Of a stretch of DNA of 64,000 nt, positions 48,926-62,590 are shown piece by piece. Location: positions 31,124,001 to 31,188,000 of the forward strand of contig CM069150.1 in assembly GCA_035221665.1 (NCBI GenBank). Reading direction: 5' to 3'. The notes beneath the pieces are model-generated. The model was given only the letters and a program-made list of their open reading frames with translations. It was not told the DNA's origin and did no database searches. The position numbers and the translations under genes are program-made. This stretch comes from Okamejei kenojei. Lineage: Eukaryota. The number at the start of each line of letters is the position of its first letter. Within the stretch, counting starts at the first letter, position 1.

Positions 48926-51065
48926 GTCCGTAATCTATGGCAGAGGGCAGTCTCAGGATCAAAAGCACTTATCTCCTTTACAGATCATTTCCTTGTACCG
49001 CAGATACTACACAATCTCTTAAGGTATTATATCCTTGTTGGGATAAATAGAATGATCCTTCACTTTAATGCAGAAATCTATCATAAAATGGATTTACACA
49101 TTTGTTCAAATGGCAGACAAGGCTTGGTCATGTCAATGCATTAAACACTACTGGCACTGTCACGAAATGCAAGCTGTAGCAACATATTGCAAACTATACC
49201 TCAGCCCAAGTTTTATAACACCCTTAATCCTGTCATCAGATCAATTCATCCAAATGCTGTGCCTGAACAAGCAGCTCTCTGTCTAAATCCAAAGCAGGCT
49301 CATTCGCAAACTTATTCCTTGACCTTTTCAGATGATCCCTGTGGTATGAATCAGGTCACACACACAACAGTGAGGAGCTGCACTTGCTGAATGCATAAAT
49401 CCTCTTCTTGTGTGTCTTTTCATCTTCACCACCCAGCCACAGTCATTTTGTTCATCAGTAGTAAAAAGTGGTAATTTTGTCTTGATTGCCAAGTTTAGAC
49501 ATTTTTTACTGCATTCCCATGGACTCGTCATCATTCCATTATTTTAAGAACAATCATGGTGATGAAAGCTATCATGCAACAACTCTAGAATGGACCCGTT
49601 TGCAGAAAAAAAAACATTTCAACTGATGTGATTAGTTCCCATGAGACCACAGACTTTGCCCATCCCAAGCAGAAAGTTAATTGTTCTGATATTCCATTCC
49701 AAGATGCACATTTCAGGGAAAAAATGGCATGCATTTATTCAGCACTGTCCATGCCTTGCTCCCACCTCTTTTCCAGGTTTCGCTCCCGCCACCCCTTCAA
49801 TCAGTCTGAAGAAGGGTCCCAACCCAAAATGTAATCTGCCCATTCCTCCACCGATGTTGCCCGATCTGCCGAGTTCCTCCAGCACTTTATGAGTTCCAGC
49901 ATTTACAGGACCTTTCATGTCCTCAGGCTTCCAAACCCATTCATTAGAATGAGCAGGTGAAGGCCAATCAGTCCCTTCTCTGCTAATCTTCTAGCACAAT
50001 GCCATTTTCTTGTCTTAACCCCATATCACTTAACCCCTGGAATCTTTTAATATCCAGAAATCAGTTCATTCTTAAATCGTCCACTTCTTTTGAATCTGAA
50101 TCCCTTAGTTTGAGATTCTCCAGCCAGGGGAAACATCCTTCTTGCATCTACCCTGTTAACTCTAGTGAGAATTCTCCACCTTTCAACAAAGCCAGCTGCA
50201 CATTACAAAATAGGAGGTCAGACTGGCTCAATTCCCCCCAAATGTACCATTTTGGGAATGCGTCTGGTGAATTTTCACTCACAGTCTTCACTAGATCTTT
50301 TTGAAATGTAATTACTTTGTAATGGGAAAAGCAAAATCCCTTGACCCACGTGACAACTGCCAGTTAATCTGTAATTTGGTTTTAAATTAAGTTGGTTGAG
50401 AGATGAAAACTGGCCAGGACCCTGTTCTTTAGAAAGAAGCTGCAGGGCTTCTTGCGCTCAGCTGAGGGGGCAGATTTGATTTGCGATCTCGCCAGCAAGT
50501 TGGTTGTAGAGAAATAACGAGAATTGCTGCAGAGATCATAAAGCGAGCTTTTGTCCATTCACTTCATATGCAGTTAAAAATCAATCAGACCACCCATCGC
50601 CCCTTGCTGTGGACCTTTATAAAATTCAAATGTACCTTCTTTCCATATTTACCCAAAAACTAATTGTCGTACTATTACACAGCCCAACGTTGTAACTGCT
50701 CTAGCTACATTATGCAAGAAACAGATTTTCAGTGCAATTTAATCCTCACGGTAGTGTCTGCACACGTTTCTTCCCGACAGTAAAACACTTCCATTCATAT
50801 AGTTCACTTCACAGGATATCCCAGAGCACTTTACAGCCTCCACCCACTATGGAAAGTTACAGCTGTAATGTAGCAGAACAGCCAACTTGCCTCTAACAAG
50901 CTTTGACAAAAAACAATATTATGCTAACCCAGTGTACTCTCCTGGCAATATTTGAAAGGCAGAGTAAATCTCGGAGAATTTCCCCTTTCTTTGAGCTGTG
51001 CCGTGGGGTCTACCCGCATGTCAGACGAGGCACTGATTTTAATGTCTTGTCTAGAAGAAAGTAAT

Positions 51066-51351
51066 TTAGTTTAGAGACACAGCACAGAAACTGGCCCTTC
51101 GATCCACTGAGTCCACACCGACCAGTAATCCCCATACATTACCACTATCCAACACACTAAGGGCAATTTATAACTTTACCAAGCCAATCAGCCTACAAAC
51201 CTGTAGGTCTTAGGAGTGTGGGAGGAAACCGGAGCACCCAGGGAAAACCCCACGCAGGTTACCCATACAAACTCCGTACAGACAGCACCCGTAGTCAGGA
51301 GTGAACCCTGGTCTCTGGTGTTGCAAGGCAGCAACTCTACCACTGTGCCAT
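51066..51351 (-). mobile_element. HE1-like SINE
   Basis: (gttta)n tail, core gagtgtgggaggaaaccggagcacc, tRNA-like head. Confidence 0.8.
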
Positions 51352-52519
51352 CCTAGTACTTGAGTACCAGCTCAGGTTCGTGTTCTGAGCTGACACACAT
51401 CACCTCTGAATCTGACAAAAGTGCTACAGTTGAGTTATGGCGAACACCTTATGATACAGCTCCAACATCAAGCTTAGTGCCAGTGCTCCATTCCCACCAT
51501 AGTAAGGGAAAGTACAAAGCACTTTTCCAACACAGGGAAGGAGGGGTGAACATATAAGAACAAGGACTTCTGATCCACTTTATTACTTCAATGTGACTCC
51601 ATAGAGAGGGGCAGCTGGATATATAGAAACAAAAATGAATGTGATTCAAGAATATTATTCCAACTATAATTTGAGTAAAATAGGTCTTTCCCCTTAGCCA
51701 GGACATCAAAATAGCTCTGGTGTAAGAATGTATTATTTTTAAACAGCAAATTTCACAAAGTAATTCTAAACATTGTAAAATATTTTCCAACGTTTTATCT
51801 TTGAGTCCTTTCATTAAGATATTTACTTAACAGCTCTGATTTCCACAATCAACAAAACACAACTTTTCTCAGCAAGCAAGGCCTTTCAGGAAACGCTATA
51901 CAGCTGTCAGCGCTGTTTATAAAAAAAAGTGTTTTCCTACCCTTACAGTGTGTAATGCCATGGGGATCTGCAGCCTTTAATAACACTGTAAACAAACAAA
52001 TTCAGCCAAGCAACTTATGGTTTCTGCCTCTGCACATGATCGGGGCCTTGCTTCCAAACAACACCTTCTCCAGCACCCCCACCCCCACCCCCCCCCCCAC
52101 CCCCCCACCCCCACCCGGTACCTCCCCGATACACTATGCCTGGCTGGCAAGAAAGATAATGTGAATACTTGGAACTACTCTTGAGCCTCTGACAGACAGG
52201 ATGTGGGGAAAAAAAAATGCCCGCATGTGTAGCGATCAACTTTTTGACCAGTCATGTCAAAATAAAGGTGGACAAATGCAACAGCTAAACCCTGCATTAT
52301 CGCTGTCAGATCTTTTGGAAAATAGAACTGAATCTGCACTTCTCCAAAGTCCCCATCAGTGTAGGTGAATTGCAGGGGTACAGTCTCTTTGTCATCAGGA
52401 TCTCACTGCTATCTTGCTCAATGCTGCCATTATTTGAGAAACATGTCAAGCTGTTTGTCCTGCCCTGATCTGTCGTCTAAGCATGTACTGTGTTCACCCA
52501 TCAGACCAGAACTGGACCA

Positions 52520-53095
52520 TATCAAAGCAGCACAGCTCCAGTGACCCTAGGTTCAATCCTTCAGACATAGATCATTCCGCCTGGAAAACAGGTTCTTCCC
52601 TCCATCTCCCCCCCCCCCCCCCACCGCCATGCTTGCGCCAACGAACAATGACCCCGTACACTAGCACCATCCTACACACAAGGGACCATTTACAGAAGAT
52701 AATTAACCTACAAACCTGTACACCTTTGGAAGCTGGGAGGAAACCAGAGCAGCCAGAGAAAGCCCATGCAGTCACAGGGAGAACATACAAACTGTATCGA
52801 CCAGGATTGTAGTTCATAGTCAGGATTGAACCGGGTCTCTGGCGCTATAAGGCAGCAATGCTACTGAGGCGCCACTGTGCCACCTTGTCGTCCAGTGCTG
52901 CCTGTGCGGAGTTTCCATGTTCTTCCTGTGTGGGCTTCCTCCTGGTGTTCCAGACAGGTGGCCTGGCAGCCTGTCTGGAACAGAAAACTGCCCCTATTGT
53001 GTAGGCAAATGGTAAAATCTCAGGGTAGTTGATGGCAATGTGGGGAGAATAAAACAAGATTATTGTAGGATTAGTGTGTCCGTGTTATATGACTC
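52520..53095. mobile_element. Minus-strand HE1-like SINE (~52562-52885) nested in a plus-strand SINE
   Basis: Plus-strand head ggttcaatcc breaks at ~52561 and resumes gtgctgcctgtgcggagttt at ~52895. Confidence 0.7.
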
Positions 53096-54999
53096 TCTGG
53101 GGGCCATGACCAAATGGTGACCTGAAAACAGGACCAGCTTTGAATTTTCACTCTGCCCCAGCCCTACAAGACAATGGCACCAACTGCAGCACTCCCACAA
53201 TACAATGCAGGGGTAATCCAAGCTTCCACTTTGCTAATGTGCACATGCTGTATTTAGCCTCCAGAGCCCTGCAGGCATTAGGCTTTAAAGAAGCTAATTC
53301 ATCCCAAGCTCCAGAAGGATTTGACCCAGAATACTCTGCTCTGCTTTATCCTACAAAACCTGGGTCACCGTGATACAGCATGCCACAGCTGACTAATTGT
53401 TTCTGTTTAAACTCGGTCCCTGACCATCATTTTCATGTGACAAGGTAGATCAATTTCACGGGCCATAAGTTTCATATGGAATTCCCTGTCCTTGGTTAAA
53501 TTATTTCATTCCTAATTCTCAATGGAAAAAAAAATACTGAAAAACTGGGACAGCAAGATGAATGAGCGAGTAAGTAATGTAAATAGGAGCAATAAGCCAT
53601 CATTGGATGAAAGATAGGAAGAACTCATTACATTACTTTATCAGTGGAGCTCAGAATTTCCTTTAAGTAATAACATGACAGATTGTGAAGTCCCCTGTGT
53701 ACTTACTATATGTGGAATTATAACTGCAATAGATTACTCTTTCAAGATACTGTTTAAATTACATATGAACTTATGATATTATGGCTGTTATTACATCTAT
53801 GAAAACAGAAAGCCTATTTCATTTCAATAATTTACAGATTACTTGATAGCACATGATGAAAGAATAATATTAACATCTAAATTATTGGATTATTCTCTCA
53901 AGAAAAAAAAGTTATGTAAATTGCTCATCATATCAAATGAATAAAAAGCATGCATTCTCATATGATTCAAATGTGAATCATATTATCTCCAAAAAAACTA
54001 AATAGTAATATACTTTAATCTCAATAATCTTCATGGTTTTCGCCCTGCAGCTTTTACACAGGGAGAAGTAAGCTTTATTGGTTTGCACATGTCTGATCTG
54101 CCATGATCAGTAATTAAAGTCATTACCATTTAATCCGGTGCGTTTTTCTTTCCCCATTACATCATCTGTAAATGTTGGAATCTTAAATGTTTCAGATAAC
54201 GTCTATGCCAAAGAATCATACTTCACTACGCTCAATTTTTAAAAAAATAACTCTGCACTCAACTGGGGAAGTTTCCCATAACCAGTGGTTTACAAGGAAA
54301 TACTAATTTTCCTGCTGCAAATAATTAATCCAAAGAATATGATTTTCATGAGCTGTTGCACCTCATACCCTTTAGACAGCTGATATTGATTTCTGAAGGT
54401 CTTAAGTTTAAAAAATCTTAAATCCAAGATGCAAAATATAATACAAAAAAATGTTTTCCAAAATATTCTATTACTTTTGTAATTGTTTGGAGGGTTTGTT
54501 GGATTATTCCCCCGTTCTATTTTAAAACAGTGAACTAAACCACGCCTTAATATGCCAAGAGTCACTCCTCTGAGCAGCCACACCTCCCATTCCTTTTATA
54601 TTTCAGGCTGCTGAACTGACGGACTGTGGAGGGGTTAGAGAGATGTCCTCAGATTTATCTGTGCGCTCCTTGCAACCCGCCAACATAAATCCAACCGTCT
54701 CCCTATTGACCTTGGATCAGCCAATGCGCAACATTTGACAACTAATAAATACCACCCCGAGTACTCAGCCGGGCGATCTTATGTGTTCCTCTTTTTTTTG
54801 CCTTGTGTCACTTTAACATTATTTTCAAATTCAGCCCGAAGGCGAGGAGCTGGAAGCAATGTGGAAATTGTTGGAACGAAGCACATGTCTGACTTTCTGC
54901 TCAAAGATCGATCCGGCCGCTTGTACAAAATAAAACAAACAACTTTCCATCCCGAGGTTCACACGTTGAGCAAACAGCAAAGAGTTTGAGACCTTTTTT

Positions 55000-56060
55000 A
55001 AAAAAAAAAAAAAATTCCTGCTGGCCAGCGGACCCCTGCCTAAAAGGCAGGCGGCGGAGTTAATCTAGCGAGAGCTTTGCAAGGATTATGATGGGAAGAT
55101 TACAAAGCCGACACCGCTTTTCTCACCGTGTACAGCCCTCTGCATGCGCCGAGGCGGGCGGGCAGTGTTGAACTTGCAGCGCCCGGTGGCTGGCTGTGGG
55201 CTCGCCGGCTGGTGGGACACGCTCCCGTCCTGACAGCTGCGTCGATCCAGCGGACGCGAACTCCTCTCCCCAAACACTTATGCAACATCAGGCTCTGCCT
55301 GGACTGCAGGAGAAAGTGTGGCAGCATTGTTGCCCGCCGCTCCCCCCTCTCTGTAGACAAGTTGTCCCTTTCTGCCCGGCGCCCGTCCTCAGCGCAAACA
55401 CGGTAACAGTGCCGGTCCCGGCCAGTGATCGGGACTGTCTGTGTCTGTGTGTGTCTGTGTCTGTGTACACCGCCGCCGCCGCCGCTCACTGTTGCGCTCT
55501 CAGTGCAATGCCACGGCTCCGCGTGATTCAGCTGTTGTCAGTTTCACACCAGTCCCGCCTCTCCCTTCTCTCTCCTCCCTCCCCTCCTCTTCGCTCCTCC
55601 CTCTCTCCACCATCCCTCTATCCTCCTACTCTTCCACCCTCCCTCCCTCTCCTCCCGCCCCTCTACTCCTGCATCCCCTCTTTCCCTCCTCCTCCTCCTC
55701 ATCCCTCCCTCCCTCTCTCCTCCTCCCGTCCACCCACAGGGAAGCCCGCAGCCAGCTGCACCATTGGCTGCCCTCTCTCCTGATTGATGTGGGCATGTTT
55801 CATTACAAACCGCGCACCAAGGCACCGACAGTCGGTAACACAAGTGTAAGTCAGCCGTTGCATTTACATTCTGTGCATCCGATCCACATTAAATGCTTAT
55901 TTACTACCCAGACCGACTTTTTAAGTGAAGCGAGGGAGGCCTGTGCACAGTAAGCGAATGGGAATGCAAAGCTGCAATTAACACAGTGTTTATACAACAG
56001 CGCGGTATTTAACTAAAAAATAAAGGACAATTGGGCCCGTCGCAGCCCAGATTAAAGCGA
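55000..56060 (-). promoter_or_regulatory. CpG island / FAM210B promoter and 5' UTR
   Basis: Only long CpG-rich non-repeat segment in the window; CCAAT box on the minus strand at 55763-55767; GA-rich tract 55555-55735; (GCC)n near 55470. Confidence 0.75.
55127..55327 (-). CDS. FAM210B: FAM210B exon 1 (predicted mitochondrial presequence-like N-terminus)
   Basis: ATG in gcaACAATGc context within the CpG island; 67 Arg/Ala/Leu/Ser-rich codons with one acidic residue; phase-0 donor ACG|GTGAGA matches the phase-0 acceptor of exon 2, giving 199 aa (human 192 aa). Assigned by structure, not by recognisable homology. Confidence 0.78.
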
Positions 56061-56395
56061 AGTGCAACAAAAGTTATCTTGCAGAACACTGCATCACAGG
56101 TCAGGGACCCCTTGCACGGAATATAGAATGGTCATCAACAATGAAATCTTGTCACATTTTTTTCCCGCCTCGCCTTTGTCACCACTTTTTAACGCGTGAA
56201 TAGGAAGGGTATTAACACCGTCCAAAAGGTCACCTGTTCGGGTTGCATAGTTAATCCGGCTCACGGAACATATACATTACTGTTTCTAGTGCACCAAAGC
56301 AGGTGACTGAGCAAAAGCACAGTGGGAGTCTGAGCTTTAGTTTAGATTTAGTCTTAAATTTAGGAGTTTGAAGAAGGGTCCTGACCCGAAACGCC

Positions 56396-56822
56396 TTGTA
56401 CTCGCTGGAATTTAGAAGATTGAGGGGTGATCTCATAGAGACTTACAAAATTCTTAATGGGTTGGGCAGGCTAGATGCAGGAAGATTGTTCCCGATGTTG
56501 GGGAAGTCCAGGACAAGGGGTCACAGTTTAAGGATAAGGGGGAAGTCTTTTAGGACCGAGATGAGAAAATCGTTTTTCACACAGAGAGTGGTGAATCTGT
56601 GGAATTCTCTGCCACAGAAGGTAGTTGAGGCCAGTTCGTTGGCCATATTTAAGAGGGAGTTGGATGTGGCTCTTGTGGCTGAAGGGATCGGGAGTATGGA
56701 GAGAAGGCAGGTACAGGATACTGAGTTGGATGATCAGCCATGATCATATTGAATGGCGGTGCAGGCTCGAAGGGCCGAATGGCCTGCTCCTGCACCTAAT
56801 TTCTATGTTTCTATGTTTCTAT
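56396..56822 (+). mobile_element. CR1/HER1-like LINE 3' end, young, nested in a Penelope-type repeat
   Basis: Open frame YSLEFRRLRGDLIETYKILNG..FFTQRVVNLWNSLPQKVVEA; (tttctatg)n tail; the host repeat resumes at 56823. Confidence 0.9.
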
Positions 56823-56883
56823 GCCACCCATTCATGTTCTCCAAAGATGCTGCCTGAGTTACTCCAGCGCTTTGTGTCTTTTC

Positions 56884-57200
56884 TTAGTTTAGTTTAGTTT
56901 AGAAATACAGCATGTAAACAGACCCTTCTGCCTACCCAGTTCATGTCTACCATCGCTTTACACTAGTTCTATGTGATCCCACTTCCTCAACCATTCCCTG
57001 CACTCTAGAGCAATTTTACAGAGGTCAATTAACCTACAAATCCGCACATCCTTGGCATGTGGGAGGAAACCAGAGTACCTGGAGAAAAGCCAGGCGGTCA
57101 CAGGGAGAACGTGCAAACTCCACATAGGCAGCACCCAGGATTAGGTTCAAACCCAGTTCTCAGGTGCTGTGAGCAGCGACTCTACCAGCTGCGCCACTGT
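56884..57200 (-). mobile_element. HE1-like SINE
   Basis: (gttta)4 tail, core and tRNA-like head in reverse. Confidence 0.8.
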
Positions 57201-57335
57201 CCCGAAAGTCAACAGATCAATAATGATCCTGCTCCCAGTGTATGCCTCATACACATGAACAACTTTATGTAGGCACCTCAATGCAGATTGTTAGTAGCAC
57301 CATTACTGCCTCCATAAACCCCTTCAAATATATTG

Positions 57336-57460
57336 TGTAGGAAAGAACTGCAGATGCTGGTTTAAATCGAAGGTAGACACAAACTGCTGGAGTAACTCAG
57401 GGGACAACGCAGCATCTCTGGAGAGAAGGAATGGGTGACGTTTTGGGTTGAGACCCTTCT
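57336..57460 (-). mobile_element. Penelope-type terminal repeat, core truncated
   Basis: gtaggaaagaactgcagatgctgg..gaatgggtgacgttttgggttgagaccctt. Confidence 0.6.
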
Positions 57461-59563
57461 CTGCAAATATATTGGCAGATTGGGCCAATCTGTGAGGATG
57501 TCCTCACTCATATCAACAGGTTAGGTTAATTATTGTCACGTGTACTGAGGTACAGTGAAAAGATTTGTTTTGCATGCTATCCAATCAAATCAGATAATAC
57601 TACACATAAATATAATCAAGCCAAACTCATACAATAGGTAGAGTGAATGGAAAGATACAAAGTGCAGAATGTCGTTCTCAGCATTGTAACACACCAGTTC
57701 CAGAAACAATGTCCAATGTCAGCAATTGGGCCGGGGTGAATTGAACAGTACTCTGGCTTATGGAAGGAGCTTCTTTGGTCTGAAGCTCACCAGCTTCAAT
57801 AGGACCATGAACACACATCTATATACCTATCTCCAGAAATGAATACCCACCTCCAAACTGCATCAGAGCAAAAGATTTCCAGTAGGATAAATGAGACACT
57901 ACAATGGTGTCCTCATAGCATCATTGAAACAAATTGTTTTATACTTCTTAGACATGACAAGAACTTAGGCCTGACACCATTCAAATTGCTAGTGAAACCT
58001 TGGAATGTACAAAACATTTTTGTAGTCTCTCTGAATAGTGTTGGCTCTCAGCACAACGACCAAAAGTTTTTTCGCAGAGGGTGGTACGTATATGGAATGA
58101 GCTACCAGAGGAGGTAGATGAGACAAGCACTATGTCAACATTTAAAACACATTTGGACAGGTACATGGATTGGAAAGGTTTAGAGGAATATGGGCCAAAT
58201 GCGGGCTGGTGGGATTAGTGCATCTTGGTTGTCATGGGCACGTTGAACTGAAGGGCCTGTTTCCATGCTGTGAGACACTATGTGCACCACAATCATAGCC
58301 ACAGACTGTACTACATCTCGATCAAAGGCAACAATTGTGGATACTTCACAGGACTCGTCGTCACCTCAGAATCCTCTACCACAAAGGACTGTTCAAGATG
58401 AAGATAAAATACATATCAAGCATGACTTTAAAAATCTAAAACAGATCCATCTTATTGTCATCCAAATGGGGATTGAGTTTTTTTTAAAGAAAACATAATG
58501 AGGAAGCATGTTTGGTTGTTCACCCTGTAAAGACTTGCCATTTCTAGGCCCATGTTATGTTGGCACGATTAAATCAATCTGTGGGGACAAATGCTGGGCA
58601 TATGTTTTTTAACTAAAAAACTTGGTAATACAATTTGAGATGTGAATTGTAGTGTACAGGATGGTGCTGTGCCACAAGGACAGGTGCGTGCCTGAATTCA
58701 CTTGATCTCAACTCTCACTTTGTAATGTACGAACAGAGTGCTGCTTTCTCAACTGGCTCACATCCCAATGTTCAGACCTCTGTGCCGCAGGTGACATTAA
58801 AGCAACATGAAGGTGCCTACACATCAGTGGAGTTCCTTGCTGATATACCGTATGTTCAATCATTTCAACATTGACAATTGGTTCCTATGCATTTCTTCCA
58901 GTCTTGTGTACTGCATTCATTGCTCATGATGTGGTCTCCACCAATTGGAAATTGCACAGATAGGGTGACCACTTTGCCAAGCACCTACATTGAGTCCACA
59001 GTGGCAATCTCGAGCTTCCTGTTGCTTGTCACTTTAATCCCTCAACCCTCTCCCACTCTAATCTCTTTGTCCGTGGCTCCTATATTTTTACCGCAAGTCC
59101 AAATGTATACTTGTGGAACCAAACCTTATCTTCTGTATAGATTGGAATCAATATTGCATTCATCAATTTCTATTTTAATTCACCAAATTGAAGTACGTTA
59201 TTTTCTCTGGTTATATCTAAACTGTAATATGTTTCTGTTTATTACTCTTCACCAATATAGCCTGATTTTGGCCTATATACGTTTCACAATTTTTTCATGT
59301 TCCTTTGTCTGTGTTCTCTCTCCCTCTCTCTTTCCCTTGTGATTGCCACATTAAAATATCAGCCACATCGCTTCATCCACAGCTACTCAACTAATCATAG
59401 AAACAAATAACAATAGAAATTAAGAGCAGGTTAACCCATAAAACCTGCTCCATCATTCATATGATCATGCAAAGTCAGCACCGTTACTGCTTTCTCTGCA
59501 TATTACTTGACCTCTTTGGCTATCAGAACATGAGTGTAGCAAAAAGGAGCAGAAATAGGCCAT

Positions 59564-61019
59564 GGACTGGGCCTTCCTAGCTTTATTAATTATTACTGGG
59601 CATCCAATATCCAAAAGATATTACTCTGGCTCCACCGACCAGATACAGACTGGTGTCTGCTTGAATCACAATCCTGTTACTCCTCGTCTCTCCCAGCTTT
59701 AGTATATTCCTCCCTGCCATTGAAACCCTCTAGATTTACATCCAACCCTGTCGTACTATCAACCATCAAAATTTTTAACCAATTTCGTTGCCATTATAAG
59801 CTTTCATCAGCTTCAGTTCTGGGTCCCATTCACAGTAAACATTTATTCCCCCCCTCTACACTTGACTCAACCTTTCGACAGTGGGGTTTGAATGGTCTTA
59901 TGTCCATTAAGGATTTATACATTAACAACATATTTGATAGTTTCGACTACCTACACAAAAAACATGGCCTCCCACATAATCATTTCTTTAAATATCTTCA
60001 GGTTCGCCACTTTGTCATGAAACAATTTCCTTCTTTTCCTGATCTCCCTCCTGTCACAGTGTTGGATAAACTCACCCTTACCTTTGCAAATAAAGGACTG
60101 ATCTCTGCTGTATATTCTCGATTGATGCATTTAGGAGATCAAAACCTGAACAAAGTTAAAGCTAGGTGGGAGGATGACCTTGGTATGAATCTATCTGAGG
60201 AATGCTGGACAGAAGCGCTGAAAAAAGTCCACTCCTCGTCATCTTGTGCTAGATTGGGGCTCATACAATTTAAAGTTTTACACAGGGTTCATTTAAGCAA
60301 AGCTAGGCTTGCTAACATATATCCAGGGACGGACGCTGGCTGTGACAGATGCTCGTTCTCTCCAGCCAATCCAGCTCATGCATTCTGGTCTTGCCCCAAA
60401 CTTGTTAACTACTGGGCAGTGGTTTTTTAAATGATCAGTGAAGTCCTTGGGATGACAGTGAGACCTTGCCCGCTTGTAGCTGTATTTGGTGTAGCAGATA
60501 AAACCTTGGGTTTAAATACAACCCAATCTGATATCATTACATTTACATCACTTTTGGCCCGTAGGAGAATCTTGCTGGTCTGGAAATCTAACACTCCTCC
60601 ATCTGCCGCTGCTTGGCTGGAAGACATCATGTTGTTTTTAAGGTTAGAAAAGATTAAACTCACATTGAGGGGGTCTGTGAAAAAGTTTTATTTGAAATGG
60701 GAACCCTTTTTTTATCATACTTTGAGGGTCTAAAGGAACTACCTGTTGACTGAGGGCACTTGACATTAAGTGGGGATCTGCCTTTATTTTGTTTTGTTAC
60801 TTTATTATTGTTAAAAAGTGCATTCGATTTTGTGATATATTTGGATTGTGAAAAAATAAGCTGCCAAGGGGCGTTTAAGGAGGGTGGGTTAGGATTATTT
60901 TGTTTATATTATTATTATTATTATTATTTTTTATAAAATACAAAATGGAGGAAAATGTAATGCTATACATCAGGTGTACTGTGATTTTTTTTCCCCTCCA
61001 ATAAAAAACTATTAATTTA
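59564..61019 (+). mobile_element. L1-clade LINE, 5'-truncated (ORF2 C-terminus plus 3' UTR), 13-bp TSD
   Basis: Starts GLGLPSFINYYWASNIQ; FFKYLQVRHF, LIQFKVLHRVHL, zinc-knuckle-like CDRC..HAFWSCP; T-rich 3' UTR, AATAAA near 61000; TSD AGAAATAGGCCAT at 59551-59563 and 61020-61032. Confidence 0.9.
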
Positions 61020-61879
61020 AGAAATAGGCCATTCAGCCCCTCTAGCCCGCCCTGCCATAGCTAATCTTCTCCAGGTCCCTTCTCTTCTTCGCCAGTTCTC
61101 CAATTTCCTTATGTTTCACAAGTGTATTAATTTCCTTCAAAAATCCCCAATGATCTAGAATACAAAATTGCCAGGATAGAAAAATTCACAGGTTAACCTT
61201 CTTATGCAACCCAGTTTTAAGTGAGTGAGCTCTAATCTTATAACTCCATCCCTCATTTCAGGTCGTCCCACTGATGGAAGCATCTACCCCTCGTACTCTC
61301 TAAGGATCTTACATAAAATCACTCCAGATGTTACTGAACTCCAGGGAATTGAGATGTACTTTCTTTACCCACTATTGAGAGGCCAACTCCCTCATCCTAG
61401 CAGGTGCCCTTGTGACTCTCTTTTGGTATGCATACAAAACCAAGCACGCTATCTAGGTGTGGCCAATAAGAACTATATATAACTCCATCTTCAATATGCT
61501 TAAACATTTGGTATCCTATGGTACATAATTTCATTCTTTATCCAATTTTTTGATGAAGGTGAAGAAATTCCTCCTAATATCAGTCCTAAGTGACCTACCC
61601 AGTATCATGGTTCTGGACTTCCACACTATCTGGGATATCGTTTTTAGTCAGTCTAGTCCCATCTGGATGTTATATGTTTCAGTAAGGTCCCATCGACATC
61701 TGGTAATTTAACAAATAACATTCCCCTTGTGCCATCCTCCCTTCACATGCCAGTCCTGCCATCCCAGGAATCAGTCTCATGAACCTTCCATCCAGAGCAA
61801 GATAGGAGATCAAAACTGCACACAGCTTGCAAGTTGTGGTCTTTCCAGAGTAGTGTACAGCTGCTCCTAGTAACCTTTA

Positions 61880-62590
61880 TATTGCTGTTTATCACTCATC
61901 TAGCTGTCTCCACCTTCCCCCTTCCCTCTCCCTAACGGACACAATCTGCTTTTTGTTTGTCTACCTCCATCTATCACCCACCTGCCTCTGTTTCCCAACT
62001 CCAGCCTGCCCTCTCCCTTACCTGGTGGCTTAATCTACCTATGTTCCTTCACCCCTTCTTGGCCCACCGTCACCCCCTCGCCCCTGTCCCACCACTCCTC
62101 CTCCCCTTTTTTTCCAGCCATCTTCTCCCTCCACTCCTAATCGTAATTCAGGGGTTTGATCCAAAATGTCAAAATTCCTTTGCCACCACAGATGCTGCTT
62201 AATCTATTGAGTTCCTCCAGTTATTCCAGATTTCAGCATTTGCAAACTCTTTTGTCTCCATTCCTCCTCCTGCATTCAATTCCTCTGACTATGCAGTCAA
62301 ATGTGCCATTTGCTTGCATGCGTACTTTCATCAATTGGTGCACAAGGGCATCCAGGTTTCACTGCATCTATTTTCCTAACGTCTACCGATAAAACATGAT
62401 GGCTACCGTGGTCGTGCCACATCAAGGATATTCCCCACTCTCCCTACAACTAAAAACAAATCTGTTTTCTTCCTTTACCAGTTCCATGAAGGGCCTTCCA
62501 CCAGAAACATTGATTCTGTTTGTCCATCTACAGATGCTGTCTGACCTGCTGAACATTTCTAGCATTTTCTGTTTTTATTCACAGTTCAGG
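61880..62590 (+). mobile_element. Decayed Penelope-type 3' regions (pyrimidine-rich plus terminal repeat), two copies
   Basis: C/T-rich stretch followed by cagatgctgct..gagttcctccag; second copy with catgaagggcc..gaaac..cagatgctgtctgacctgctga. Confidence 0.5.

Noticed and set aside
55196-55953. Long Pro/Ser/Leu-rich plus-strand ORFs (195 and 170 aa)
   Set aside because: They arise from the GC-rich island and the C/T tract, which lack stop codons; no recognisable domain.
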